From contig CAVXZE010000016.1 in NCBI GenBank assembly GCA_963766175.1, forward strand, positions 219,032-283,031: a DNA stretch of 64,000 nucleotides. Reading direction: 5' to 3'. The translations under genes and the position numbers were made by a program. Origin of the DNA: an uncultured delta proteobacterium (GTDB taxonomy: Bacteria > Myxococcota_A > UBA9160 > UBA6930). The stretch's first letter is position 1, and every line of letters starts with the position of its first letter. Positions 9,351 to 18,685 of this stretch are shown in pieces. Under the pieces are notes generated by a model. That model was not told where the DNA came from. It worked only from the letters and a program-made list of their open reading frames with translations, and did not search any database.

Positions 9351-9418
9351 CGGGGACGTTCCTGCGTAACTGCCTTCTTGCATGGCAAGAAGGCAGTTAC
9401 GCAGGAACGTCCCCGCTA
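9348..9418. repeat. repeat family A: perfect 34-bp-stem, 3-nt-loop palindrome
   Basis: The sequence tagcggggacgttcctgcgtaactgccttcttgc-atg-gcaagaaggcagttacgcaggaacgtccccgcta forms the hairpin. The left arm starts with the TAG stop of the 8757..9350 gene. The right arm holds the stop codon (9397-9399) and last codons of the RND gene. Confidence 0.9.
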
Positions 9419-12400
9419 GGCCTCCTGAGCGCTGCCAGTCGCGCGCGATAACCGAGTCCGCCGAGTCCACGCAGATCGCCGGCCAATGTGTAGAGCGTGG
9501 GCACCAGCAGCAGCGTGACCAAGGTCGAGAGGGCGAGTCCCCAGCCCAGGGCCAGGGACATGGGACTCACCACGGCGTCGTAGCCGCCGAGGCCGTAGGC
9601 GGTCGGCATCACGCCACCGAGGGTGGTGAGGCTGGTGACCAGAACCGGTCGGAGCCGCGCTACCACCGCGTCGATGATGGCCTCCCGCCGGGCGCGCGGG
9701 TCGTCGCCATCGACGCTGAGGAGCTGGCGGTGGATCGAGTCCACCATCACGATCGCCGCATTCACGACGACGCCGGCCAGGCCAATGGCTCCCATCATGG
9801 CCAGGAGGGAGAGCGGCTTACCGTGCAGGAAGAAGGTCAGCACCACCGCGGCCGCGGAGAAGGGAACTACGGCCACCACGAAGGCCGCCTCGAGGAAAGA
9901 GCCGAGCATCAGGGTGATGACCACGGTGATTCCAATCACGGCGAGGATCGCTGCGACGCCGAGGTCGGCGGTGACCTCGCGGGTGTCTTCCGCCTCGCCT
10001 CCGTTGTAGATGCGCAGGTCGGGAATGCTCGCGTAGCGCGGGACCAGCTCGCTCTCGATGCGCGCCGCCATCGAAAGCGCCGTGTGATGGCTCCCGGGCA
10101 CGAAGCTCGCCGACACCGTGGCGGTGCGCTGGCCCTCCCGGTGGTAGATCGCCGAGACTCCCGGCAAGTCCACCGGCTTCACCACGTCGCGGAGCCGCAC
10201 CAGCTCGCCTCGGCTCGCTCGGACCGGCGTCTCGAGAAGCGCGTCGATGGAGCGGCGGGCGGAGGGGTCGAACATCACCCGGATGTCGGTGGTGTCGTCG
10301 AGGTCGCGGTGCTCCGAGGCGACCAGGCCGAAGAAGGCGGCCTTCAGGGTGAGGCCCACGTCCTCGGCGTCGAGCCCGCGAAGCGCGAGCTTCTGGTAGT
10401 CGAGGTTCAGGTCCAGCTGCGGCGTGCCTGGCCGCTCGTCGATCTCCAGATTGGTGACGCCCTCGATAGCCCGCAGCCACTCGGCCACCTCCAGGGCTGT
10501 GCCCCGCCGCACCTGGTTGTCGTTGGACTCGACGTGGACCGTGACGGGCAGCCCGTGGACCGGGCCGATCATGTCGGCCTCGTAGACGATCTCGACCGAG
10601 TCCGGGACCGCGAGGGTCCGCTCCAGCTCCTGGATCCACTCGGCGCTGGTGCGCTCGCGTCCGATGTTGTGGAAGAGCGCACTGATCAGCGCCTCGTTCT
10701 CCGCGGCGCCGCGTTCCCGGTCCGTCGCAAAGCGGCCGGTCTCCTTGTGGCCCACGCGTGCAGTCACGGCGACCAGGTCCTCTCCGATCAACCCGGGAAG
10801 CTGTCGCTCGATAGACGCCACCGCCGCCTCCGTCTGCTCCAGCGGCGTTCCCAACGGAGTGGTCACCTTGATGTGGAGGGCGTCGGAGTCGTCCTGGGGG
10901 AACATCACGAAGCCGGTCCGAGGCACCAGTCCGAGCATGATCCCCAGGAAGACTGCCAGCGCGACGCCGATCACCAGGGCGCGGTGATGGAGAACCAGGC
11001 CGAGCAGGCGGCGGTAGCGGGCCTCGAGCCGGACCATGAAGGCCCTCTTCGGCGCCGCCTTGCCGCCGGTTCGCTCCCCGGAGAGGTGGGAGGGCAGGAT
11101 GAAGAAGGCGCCGAGAAGCGCGATCAGCAGCGCCAGCACCACTACGGCGGGAATGTTCCAGGCCACCTTGCCGGGGAGTCCGCCGATCGCCCACATCGGC
11201 AGAAAGGCGAGCACCGTGGTCACCGCCGCCGCGGTCACGGGACGCGCCACCTCGGAGGTGCCCTCGACGGCGGCCTCGTTGCGGTCGAGACCTTCCTGTC
11301 GCTTGACGGTGATCCTCTCGGCGACGACCACCGCGTTGTCCACCAGCATCCCCAGCACCACCACGAAGCCGGCCAGCGAGATGATGTTGACTGTGATGCC
11401 GGCGTGGGGCATCAACGCCAGGACGCCGAGGAAGACCAGTGGGATCTGCACCATCACCCAGATGCCCGCGGCCGGTGTCAGGAAGCCGAACAGGACGATG
11501 GCCACCAGCACCACGCCGATCATCCCGTTGTTGGCCATCAATTCGAGGCGGTTTCGGGTCTCGAAGGACTCGTCGTCCACCAGGGCGTAGTGCACGCCCG
11601 GAGGAAGCGGCGTGGCTTCGACCACGCGCCGCACCGCGTCCACGCATTCGAGAATGTCCGCGGTCTCCCGCTTGCGGACCACCACCGATACGCCCGGCTC
11701 GGCGTTGGTGTGGGCGAGGAGGCCGGTGTCCACCCGGCCCGATTCGATGCGCGCCACGTCGCGCGCGCGCACCGCACCTCCGCCGGGCAGGAAGCGCAGC
11801 ACCGTCTCGCCGACCTCTTCCGGTCTCTCGTAGCGGCTCCACAGCACGACCTGGCGGCGGTCGCGATCGGTCTCCAGCATCCCGCCGGTGCTCGAGACAT
11901 TGCGGCGCTCCACGGCGCGCACCACCTCCAGCAGCGTGACGCCGTGCTCCCGGGCGCGCTCGGGATCGACCAGCACCCGGACCTCGGGGTCCTGCAGACC
12001 CACCAGCGTGACCTGGGAAACCGTGTCGAGTGGTCGAATCCGCCGCTCCAGGAGCTTTGCCGAGCGGACCACCGCCTCGATCGGTCCGGAGAGGGCGATT
12101 TCGAGCACCGGGAGCTTGCCGGGGTTCATTCGCGAGATCACCGGGTCTTCGTCCATCTCCGGTGGGAAGTCGTTGATGGCGTCGATGGCCTGGCGGATGT
12201 CCTGCTCGGCTTCCCTTATCTGCGCTTCGTCGAAGTCCTCGTAGAGCTCGACGACGGTGTTGGAGAGATTGTCGCTGATCACGGTGTAGAAGGACTTGAC
12301 GCCATCTACCTCCTCGATGGCCTCCTCGACGGGGATGGTCACCTTGGTCTCGACGTCGCGGGCGGCGGCACCGGGCAGGACGGCATTCACCACGATCATC

Positions 12401-12531
12401 GGCATGCTGACGTTGGGCATGCCCTCGCGGGCGGTGCGGGTGGCCGTGGCGTAGCCGACCACGACCAATGTGGCCACCATCACGTGGACCACCAGGTGAC
12501 GCTCGGCGAAGTAACGGATCAGGCGATCCAC
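9397..12531 (-). CDS. RND efflux transporter permease (AcrB/CzcA superfamily)
   Basis: 1044 aa with a 12-TM, two-large-loop architecture. The N-terminus MDRLIRYFAERHLVVHVMVATLVVVG and the repeated halves are typical of the family. It starts 3 bp after the adaptor gene's stop. Confidence 0.9.
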   Translation of the reverse strand: MDRLIRYFAERHLVVHVMVATLVVVGYATATRTAREGMPNVSMPMIVVNAVLPGAAARDVETKVTIPVEEAIEEVDGVKSFYTVISDNLSNTVVELYEDFDEAQIREAEQDIRQAIDAINDFPPEMDEDPVISRMNPGKLPVLEIALSGPIEAVVRSAKLLERRIRPLDTVSQVTLVGLQDPEVRVLVDPERAREHGVTLLEVVRAVERRNVSSTGGMLETDRDRRQVVLWSRYERPEEVGETVLRFLPGGGAVRARDVARIESGRVDTGLLAHTNAEPGVSVVVRKRETADILECVDAVRRVVEATPLPPGVHYALVDDESFETRNRLELMANNGMIGVVLVAIVLFGFLTPAAGIWVMVQIPLVFLGVLALMPHAGITVNIISLAGFVVVLGMLVDNAVVVAERITVKRQEGLDRNEAAVEGTSEVARPVTAAAVTTVLAFLPMWAIGGLPGKVAWNIPAVVVLALLIALLGAFFILPSHLSGERTGGKAAPKRAFMVRLEARYRRLLGLVLHHRALVIGVALAVFLGIMLGLVPRTGFVMFPQDDSDALHIKVTTPLGTPLEQTEAAVASIERQLPGLIGEDLVAVTARVGHKETGRFATDRERGAAENEALISALFHNIGRERTSAEWIQELERTLAVPDSVEIVYEADMIGPVHGLPVTVHVESNDNQVRRGTALEVAEWLRAIEGVTNLEIDERPGTPQLDLNLDYQKLALRGLDAEDVGLTLKAAFFGLVASEHRDLDDTTDIRVMFDPSARRSIDALLETPVRASRGELVRLRDVVKPVDLPGVSAIYHREGQRTATVSASFVPGSHHTALSMAARIESELVPRYASIPDLRIYNGGEAEDTREVTADLGVAAILAVIGITVVITLMLGSFLEAAFVVAVVPFSAAAVVLTFFLHGKPLSLLAMMGAIGLAGVVVNAAIVMVDSIHRQLLSVDGDDPRARREAIIDAVVARLRPVLVTSLTTLGGVMPTAYGLGGYDAVVSPMSLALGWGLALSTLVTLLLVPTLYTLAGDLRGLGGLGYRARLAALRRPSGDVPA

Positions 12532-12534
12532 GTT

Positions 12535-13701
12535 CTAGCCTTCCGAGGGAGCGCCAACGAAGGAGGTCTTCTCGACCAGAACCGGGGCGCCGTCGCGCAG
12601 GGCGAAGAGGCCGTCGATCACCACCTCCTCGCCGACCGACACCCCCTCCAGCACTTCGACCTTCTCCGCATTGCTGTGGCCGATCCGCACCGGCCGCGCT
12701 ACGGCGCGCGGCTCGCCGCTGCTCTGCTCGACCACGAAGACCGCAACGCCGGCCTCGCTTCGAAGCAGCGCGGCTCGCGGCACCACGGGGTAGCGCCGAC
12801 CCGCCTCCACGGGAAGCGCCACTTGGGCCACCATGCCCTCGCGCAGCAGTCCATCGGGGCTGTCGAGCCAGAGCTCGACCGTGTAGGTACCGCTCGCCGG
12901 GTCGGCGATGCGGCCGACGCTGCGGATCTCCGCCTCGACGGCGATTCCACCCAGCTCTTCCAGGATCACGGGCGCGGGCGTCCCCGACGTCAGTCCGGCG
13001 GCCTCGGTGCCGGTGACGCCGGCGTGGATCCGCGCCCGGGAGAAATCCACCAGAGTGGCCAGCGGCCTGCCGGGGCTCACGTGATCGCCCACGTCCACCT
13101 GCACCTCCTCCACGCTGCCCGCAAAGGGGGCCCGCACCGTGGCATCCGCCAGGTTCCGCTTTGCGGTGCGCAGGGCGACGCGGGCCAGGCTCTCTGCGCT
13201 CTTGGCTCGATCCACGGCGAAGCGTTGGGCGTCGTGGCGACTCTGGCTGATGGCGTCGTCGCCCAGCAGCCGGTCGCCGCGCCCGAGCTCGCGACTCGCC
13301 TCGGCGAGATCGATCTCCCGGGTCCGAAGCGTCGCCTCCGCCTGCTCCACGGCCAGACGCAGACGGGTGGCGTCGAGCTCGATCAGGGCTTGCCCGGCCT
13401 CGACGACTTCCCCCGGCTCCACGTGTCTCTCCACCACCCGCCCGGTGGCCTCCGCGGCGATGCTGGCTCGGTGGAACGCGTGCACCACGCCGGAGACGGT
13501 GCCGGATCGTTCGATGCTCTCTTCGACCACCGGGGCGACTCGCACGCGCACCGCGGTGCGAAGCGGCGAGCCCTTCGCCGGCGCCTGCTCCCCTCCCTGG
13601 CCGCTGGCCTGTGGCTCGTCGCAGCCGGTCAGCCACGCGAGCAGCCCGGCGATCACCACGGCGGCGAGGGCGGGAACGCAGCTCGGAGTTCGATGCTTCA
13701 C
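12535..13701 (-). CDS. RND periplasmic adaptor (membrane fusion protein), lipoprotein
   Basis: Lipobox LAWLTGC, followed by biotinyl-lipoyl, hairpin and beta-barrel segments (GTVSGVVHA...VEPGEVVEAGQALIELD). The GTG start at 13701 overlaps the marR stop as GTGA. Confidence 0.85.
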   Translation of the reverse strand: MKHRTPSCVPALAAVVIAGLLAWLTGCDEPQASGQGGEQAPAKGSPLRTAVRVRVAPVVEESIERSGTVSGVVHAFHRASIAAEATGRVVERHVEPGEVVEAGQALIELDATRLRLAVEQAEATLRTREIDLAEASRELGRGDRLLGDDAISQSRHDAQRFAVDRAKSAESLARVALRTAKRNLADATVRAPFAGSVEEVQVDVGDHVSPGRPLATLVDFSRARIHAGVTGTEAAGLTSGTPAPVILEELGGIAVEAEIRSVGRIADPASGTYTVELWLDSPDGLLREGMVAQVALPVEAGRRYPVVPRAALLRSEAGVAVFVVEQSSGEPRAVARPVRIGHSNAEKVEVLEGVSVGEEVVIDGLFALRDGAPVLVEKTSFVGAPSEG

Positions 13702-14261
13702 GCCAGGACCCTGTCCTTTCCGGGCGCGCGCAGGGTCTCGAGGCCGACCTGAATCTTGTCCAGAAGACGCAGAAACTGCCTTCGCTCCTTCTCGGAGAGC
13801 CCGTTCGCCACGGCGGAGAGTCGCGGGGCGTAGGCGGGAATCAGCCGGGCGATGAAGGCCCTTCCGCCCTCCGTCAGCTTGAGGGCGATCCGGCGCCTGT
13901 CGGTGGAATGGGCCTGCCGCTCGACCAGGCCTTCCTCCTCGAGACCGTCGAGGAGCCCCGTCACAGTCGCCCGGGTCACCGCCGCTCGCCGCGCCAGGTC
14001 CGACGGCGTGAGCTCGGATTCCGAATGGCGGTGCAGGATCATCAGCAGGGAGAAGCGGCCGATCGATAGGCCGAACTGATGGCGAAGGTTGGCTTCGACG
14101 GCGTCGGCGAGGGTGTCTGCGACCTCGAGAGTCCGCATCGCCGTGAAGATGGCGGTCGGCTCGACCCCGAGGATGTCCTTGGTGAGCTCGCGGATCTCGG
14201 CGAAGCTGGGCAGATCGCGGGGGCAGAACACACGCGCCTCGTCTGATGAGGAACCATACAA
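13698..14261 (-). CDS. MarR-family transcriptional regulator
   Basis: Winged-helix core LSIGRFSLLMILHRH...LTPSDLARRAAVTRATVTGLLDGLEEEGLVERQAHSTDRRRIALKLTEGG. The start is uncertain; the ORF opens with TTG at 14261, and GTG 14231 or ATG 14138 are also possible. Confidence 0.85.
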   Translation of the reverse strand: MYGSSSDEARVFCPRDLPSFAEIRELTKDILGVEPTAIFTAMRTLEVADTLADAVEANLRHQFGLSIGRFSLLMILHRHSESELTPSDLARRAAVTRATVTGLLDGLEEEGLVERQAHSTDRRRIALKLTEGGRAFIARLIPAYAPRLSAVANGLSEKERRQFLRLLDKIQVGLETLRAPGKDRVLA

Positions 14262-14412
14262 TAAGGGACCTAATCAAATTCCGCCAGACCGCGGAGCTGT
14301 CGCGCCCCATGGCCCCGCACCACGCCGAGCCGGGAGCTCACCCGGCCTTGCGCGAAGGGGTTCGCCGCCGGAAATTCTGGGGCGGGGGGACCACGTGAGC
14401 GGCGGAACCGCC

Positions 14413-15138
14413 ATGACCACGACCGAGATCAGCCTCGTCTTCGTCCTCACCCTGGTTGGCCTCGCGCTGCTGGCCTTCGGCGGTGCCCGGATCTGCCACT
14501 CGTCGCCTCCGGATTGGGAGGCCCTGCGCGAGGAGATGGTGAAGCACCAGATCCAGGCGCGCGGCGTGGAGAATCCGCGTGTCCTCGGGGCGATGCGCAG
14601 CGTTCCGCGCCATCGATTCGTTCCGGAGGCGGCTCGTCGGAGCGCCTATCAGGACCGGCCGCTCCCGATCGGTCACCGTCAGACGATCTCCCAGCCCTAC
14701 ATCGTCGCGGTGATGACCGAGCTTCTCGATCCGCAGCCCGGCGACAAGGTGTTGGAGATCGGGACCGGCTCCGGCTATCAGGCTGCGGTCCTTTCGGGAC
14801 TGGTCGAGAAGATCTACAGCATCGAGATCATCCCGGAGCTGGCGGAGAGGGCGCGAACCGCGCTCGCCGCCGGCGGCTACCAGAACGTCCAGGTGATCAC
14901 CGGCGACGGCTACGCGGGCCTCCCGGACCAGGCGCCCTTCGACGGGATCATCGTGACCGCCGCACCCGAGAAGGTGCCCGAGCCGCTCATCGAACAGCTC
15001 GCCGTCGGTGGACGTCTGGTGATCCCGGTGGGTGGATGGAGTCAGGATCTCCGCGTCCTCGAGCGCACCGAGGAGGGAATCCGGACGACCAAGCTCTTCC
15101 CGGTCCGCTTCGTGCCGCTGACCCGATCCGAGGATTAG
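14413..15138 (+). CDS. pcm: protein-L-isoaspartate O-methyltransferase with N-terminal TM anchor
   Basis: It has VPRHRFVPE, QTISQPYIVAVMTELL, VLEIGTGSGYQAAVL and GGRLVIPVG motifs. An N-terminal hydrophobic helix (ISLVFVLTLVGLALLAFGG) precedes them. The longer upstream ORF portion is antisense to marR. Confidence 0.9.
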   Translation: MTTTEISLVFVLTLVGLALLAFGGARICHSSPPDWEALREEMVKHQIQARGVENPRVLGAMRSVPRHRFVPEAARRSAYQDRPLPIGHRQTISQPYIVAVMTELLDPQPGDKVLEIGTGSGYQAAVLSGLVEKIYSIEIIPELAERARTALAAGGYQNVQVITGDGYAGLPDQAPFDGIIVTAAPEKVPEPLIEQLAVGGRLVIPVGGWSQDLRVLERTEEGIRTTKLFPVRFVPLTRSED

Positions 15139-15318
15139 CCTGCATTTCTCACCAGCTCGCTACTGCGGGCGCCGATAGCACCGCACCTTCGCGACCTTCT
15201 CCCTCCGGCCGCCTCGACGTACTGCCCAGTATGCCTTCGCCGCCCTCCGGTCCGAGGGCCGCGAATCTGCGGCACTCTCGGCGCCCTCGCTACGCGACCT
15301 GGTGAGAAAAGCAGTCTA
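15136..15318. repeat. repeat family B: ~183-bp MITE-like element with ~60-bp imperfect terminal inverted arms
   Basis: The left arm (tagcctgcatttctcaccagctcgctactgcgggcgccgatagcaccgca...) aligns with the reverse complement of the right end (...tgcggcactctcggcgccctcgctacgcgacctggtgagaaaagcagtcta). It fills nearly the whole gap between the convergent pcm and esterase genes (5 nt remain before the esterase stop). Its first 3 nt are the pcm TAG stop. Confidence 0.75.
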
Positions 15319-15322
15319 GAGC

Positions 15323-16852
15323 TCAGAGAAGTCCATCCCAGAGCCTGCGCTCCGAGGCGTTCGGATCGTCGAGGATCCCGATCCGGTCACCGAACTCCAT
15401 GGTGGCGCGCCGGGATGTCTCGAAGACGGGCCAGTGCTCGATTCCCGGGTGGTTCGGCTCTCCGCGGTGTGCGAAGGCGATCCACGCATCGTGCATCGCC
15501 TTCGCGAGCCGCGTCGGTGGACTGCCCTTGCCGAGAAAAGCCTCCACTCCTCCGCGCGCGAGGTTGTTGAAGACGAAGGGAATCTCGAGGGCGTGGCAGG
15601 CTCCCAGACGGCCGTCGAAGGCGCGCGACGCCCAGGTGAACAAATAGAGATAGGTGCGCTCCTGATGGGCGCTCTGGGCTTCCGCGAGGCGGATGGCGGG
15701 GATTCGAAAGGTCTGGTCGGTGAGAAACGCAGAGAACAGGTCATCCTCGCTGGCTTCGGGCCGACTGGATGCGTAGGTGTCGAGCGCTCTTGCGTCCGCT
15801 CCGAAGACGCGGTCCAGCCAGCTGACGAGCTTCGCGCGGTCGAGCTTGGGCGGGTTCGCGAACAGGAAGAGGTGCTGCTCGTCGAGGTTGGTCCCGGTGA
15901 GGAGCGCGACGTCGGCCGCGGCGCCCTCCCTCACCGCCTCGATAGGGGGCTTCGGCAGGACTTCTCCGTCGACCACCGGCTGGAACGCCAGTCCCAGGGG
16001 CACCTTCTTCCCATCGCCGATCGCGCCGCGGCCGCTCGCAAGCTGGAGGATCGTCGACGTCTGAGCTTCGAGGATCCTCTCCACCGGAAGCCGGTGCAGC
16101 TCGTCGACGTCCGAGACGCCCGCCTTCTCGGAGAACAGCTCCGCGACCCGCGCCGCGGCATCCCGGGAAAGCGAGTTGTGGCAGGCCCCGCTCTGGGGAA
16201 TCGCCCGGTGGAAGAGCCCCCTTGCCGCGGGTGCGCCCAGCAGCGTTCCCACGCTCATGCCACCGGCGGATTCGCCAAAGATCGTCACATTGTCGGGGTC
16301 TCCGCCGAAGCAGCGGATGTTGTCGCGGACCCACTCGAGGGCGGCGATCTGGTCGAGGATGCCGTTGTTCCCCGATCGGGACAGCTCGTCGCGTTGCTCG
16401 GCGAGATACAGAAAGCCCAGAGCGCCGAGCCGGTAGTTGATGCTGACCACGACGAGGTCACCCCTCCGAGCGAAGGATGCGCCGTTGTACCAGGGCGTAG
16501 CGGAGGCTCCGGTGAGAAACGCTCCCCCGTGGATCCAGACCATCACCGGGCGCGCGGCGTCGTCGAGCGCGGGTGTGGCGACGTTCAGTGTGAGGCAGTC
16601 CTCGTCCCAGTCGAGATTCAACGCATCCAGGAACCCCCCGAGCGGGGAGGGCACCTGGGGTGCCACCTTTCCGAAACGCTTCGCCGGGCGTAGTCCCTCC
16701 CACCCCGGATGAGGGCGGGGCGGGAGAAATCGCGCCTCACCGGTGGGTGGGGTCGCGTAGGGGATTCCTGCGAAGAGAAGGACCCCTTCCTTCTCCCGGC
16801 CTTCCACCCGACCCTGGCGAGTGCGTGCGATCGCTTCCATGAGAGCCTCCAT
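15323..16852 (-). CDS. type-B carboxylesterase (cytoplasmic paralog)
   Basis: It has GIPYATPP, EDCLTLNV, VMVWIHGGAF and FGESAGG (nucleophile elbow) motifs. No signal peptide. Confidence 0.9.
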   Translation of the reverse strand: MEALMEAIARTRQGRVEGREKEGVLLFAGIPYATPPTGEARFLPPRPHPGWEGLRPAKRFGKVAPQVPSPLGGFLDALNLDWDEDCLTLNVATPALDDAARPVMVWIHGGAFLTGASATPWYNGASFARRGDLVVVSINYRLGALGFLYLAEQRDELSRSGNNGILDQIAALEWVRDNIRCFGGDPDNVTIFGESAGGMSVGTLLGAPAARGLFHRAIPQSGACHNSLSRDAAARVAELFSEKAGVSDVDELHRLPVERILEAQTSTILQLASGRGAIGDGKKVPLGLAFQPVVDGEVLPKPPIEAVREGAAADVALLTGTNLDEQHLFLFANPPKLDRAKLVSWLDRVFGADARALDTYASSRPEASEDDLFSAFLTDQTFRIPAIRLAEAQSAHQERTYLYLFTWASRAFDGRLGACHALEIPFVFNNLARGGVEAFLGKGSPPTRLAKAMHDAWIAFAHRGEPNHPGIEHWPVFETSRRATMEFGDRIGILDDPNASERRLWDGLL

Positions 16853-17037
16853 CCTCGACAGTCAACGAACGGCGCCATTCGTCGGCACACTGCACGATTC
16901 TCGAGCGATTTACCACGGTGTCAAAGGGGTCGAGTGAGATGCCGGGGCAATCGAATGCCCCCAGGGGCAACCAGGACTGGATCGATAGAGAATCGTTGCG
17001 GTGCATTCTTTCCTCATCCCAGTACCTCCTTCCGCCG

Positions 17038-17778
17038 ATGCGACCTTTGATGCGAAACGTCTATTTCAGAGCCTGCTCCGCGCGTGCGATTCCCCGGACG
17101 GCGTCGCTGTGGCTGGTATGCGCGATTCTGCTGCTGGCTCCAGTGGCCTCAGCCGCTCCCATCATCAACTGGGACATCCTGGGGTCGGATGGAAATACGG
17201 CGAGTGCGGTGGGCCTGTTGCCTGAGGTGAGCGGGGCGGATCTCACGCCGGTGAACGTGACGCCCTGGCCCGGTGGCTACTGCTGCTTCACCGCCGCCGC
17301 CGACTGGGGGACCAGCGCAGCGGCGCCCGATCTCACCCGGTACTACGAGTTCTCGGTCACCGCAGACCCGGGATACTGGATCGTCTACGAGGACATCACG
17401 CTTTCCCTGTTCCGAGGCATCCAGGCAGGGAACCACGGCGCCGAGCTCTGGCAGCTCCGCGCCAGCTACGACGGCTACGCGAGCAGCCTGGCTGCCTTCA
17501 ACATCTCTACGTCGGCGGCCGACGAGCAGGTCCTGTTCAGCAACGCGAACATCTCCGCCCTCGGAACGCGGCCGGGCACTGTTACATTCCGCCTCTACGG
17601 CTACGACTACACCGCCCCTACCGACTACTCCGGCTTTGGGAACCATCCGGGTCCAACACCTCTCACGGGCACCGGATCCGACCTGATCGTGGGCGGGCAG
17701 CTCGTGCCCGAGCCCGTCACCCTGGCCCAGCTGGGCCTCGGTCTCGCCATGCTCGCCTTCGCAGGCCGCAGGCGCTAG
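17038..17778 (+). CDS. PEP-CTERM sorting-domain secreted protein
   Basis: N-terminal signal (LWLVCAILLLAPVASAAP). The C-terminus is VPEPVTLAQLGLGLAMLAFAGRRR, which is a PEP motif, a TM helix and a basic tail. The start is ambiguous among 16918, 17038 and 17050. Confidence 0.8.
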   Translation: MRPLMRNVYFRACSARAIPRTASLWLVCAILLLAPVASAAPIINWDILGSDGNTASAVGLLPEVSGADLTPVNVTPWPGGYCCFTAAADWGTSAAAPDLTRYYEFSVTADPGYWIVYEDITLSLFRGIQAGNHGAELWQLRASYDGYASSLAAFNISTSAADEQVLFSNANISALGTRPGTVTFRLYGYDYTAPTDYSGFGNHPGPTPLTGTGSDLIVGGQLVPEPVTLAQLGLGLAMLAFAGRRR

Positions 17779-17986
17779 CCCACTTCTTCCCGCCAGCTCG
17801 CGTACCGGCACATCAGGAGCGAGCTACGGCGCCTGCCTTCTCGATCTTCGCTCGGCCAGTCTCGTCGACTCCGCTCGCCTACGGCGCTTGCATTGCCACC
17901 CACGCCTTGGGGGTGCTTCCCCCGCCTCCCTGAGGATTTCGAAAAACCCTTCAAGTTCGACATTTGCCTGCCCGATATGCGTGCTC

Positions 17987-18685
17987 ATGCGCACGCAACT
18001 CATACGCAACTCCGGATCGGCTGCGATCTCCCGGCTCGCCGGGGCCGCGGCGGCTCTTCTGATCGTCCTCGGGCCCATCGCCACGGCCCGGGCGATTTCC
18101 CTCTCGGAGCTCGTCCCTGCCGGCCAGCTGCCAGGCGCTACGCTGGTGTGGAGCGGCGTCGTGGTGTCCGTTCGCGCGGATCTGGTCGCCATCTCCCGCG
18201 TCCACGAGCCGGATTTCGGGACCGCCGGCCTCACCGTGATGGGGCCGTTTGCGGCGGCCGACGGTGAGAGCAGTGGCATGGTGATCGGCTGGACTGCGAC
18301 GGCGAGAGATCCCGCCTATCTCTTCAGCGTCACCGCGCTCTTCCCCAAGGGCGTCGGCAGCTGGAGTGCCGGTGACGAGATTCCCCGGGCCCTCCCGAAT
18401 CTCGGCGTCGTCCCAGGCGGCAATCTTTCGGTCTTCGATACCGGCGCCGTCGACGTGATCTCCTGGAACTTCCTGGAGATGAGCTGCGCGTTGCTGGCGC
18501 TCAGCGTGGACGACTATCTTCGCCTGAAGAGCGTTCTCGAACCGGGGGACTTCGACCCGAACGCGCGCGTTCCGGGGATCGACGAGCAGGTCCGCGCCGT
18601 CCCCGATCCGGCGACCTCCCTGCTGATGGGCCAGGGGCTCCTGGTCCTCGCGCTGATGGCCCGCATCTCTCACCGGGCTCCCTGA
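17987..18685 (+). CDS. PEP-CTERM-like secreted protein (VPDP variant)
   Basis: Signal peptide ...LLIVLGPIATARA. The C-terminus is VPDPATSLLMGQGLLVLALMARISHRAP. Its 3' end overlaps the convergent membrane-protein gene by 16 bp. Confidence 0.65.
   Translation: MRTQLIRNSGSAAISRLAGAAAALLIVLGPIATARAISLSELVPAGQLPGATLVWSGVVVSVRADLVAISRVHEPDFGTAGLTVMGPFAAADGESSGMVIGWTATARDPAYLFSVTALFPKGVGSWSAGDEIPRALPNLGVVPGGNLSVFDTGAVDVISWNFLEMSCALLALSVDDYLRLKSVLEPGDFDPNARVPGIDEQVRAVPDPATSLLMGQGLLVLALMARISHRAP

Noticed and set aside
7611-9470. A 619-aa minus-strand ORF covering the aldo/keto reductase and SLT-like genes
   Set aside because: It is antisense to two well-supported genes. Its ends are formed by the palindromic repeat, which reads open in both directions.
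9382-13752. A 1456-aa plus-strand ORF, and a 1272-aa alternative minus-frame ORF (9818..13636), spanning the RND operon
   Set aside because: They are antisense or out of frame relative to clearly recognisable RND and adaptor genes. The translations are low-complexity (Arg/Gly/His/Asp-rich) with no motifs. Such long stop-free frames are typical artefacts of GC-rich DNA.
17776-17810. A possible third, degenerate copy of repeat family B right after the first PEP-CTERM gene's TAG stop
   Set aside because: It shares only TAGCC, a pyrimidine-rich stretch and the 9-mer CCAGCTCGC, with a 1-nt offset. That is too weak to call by eye without a statistical alignment.
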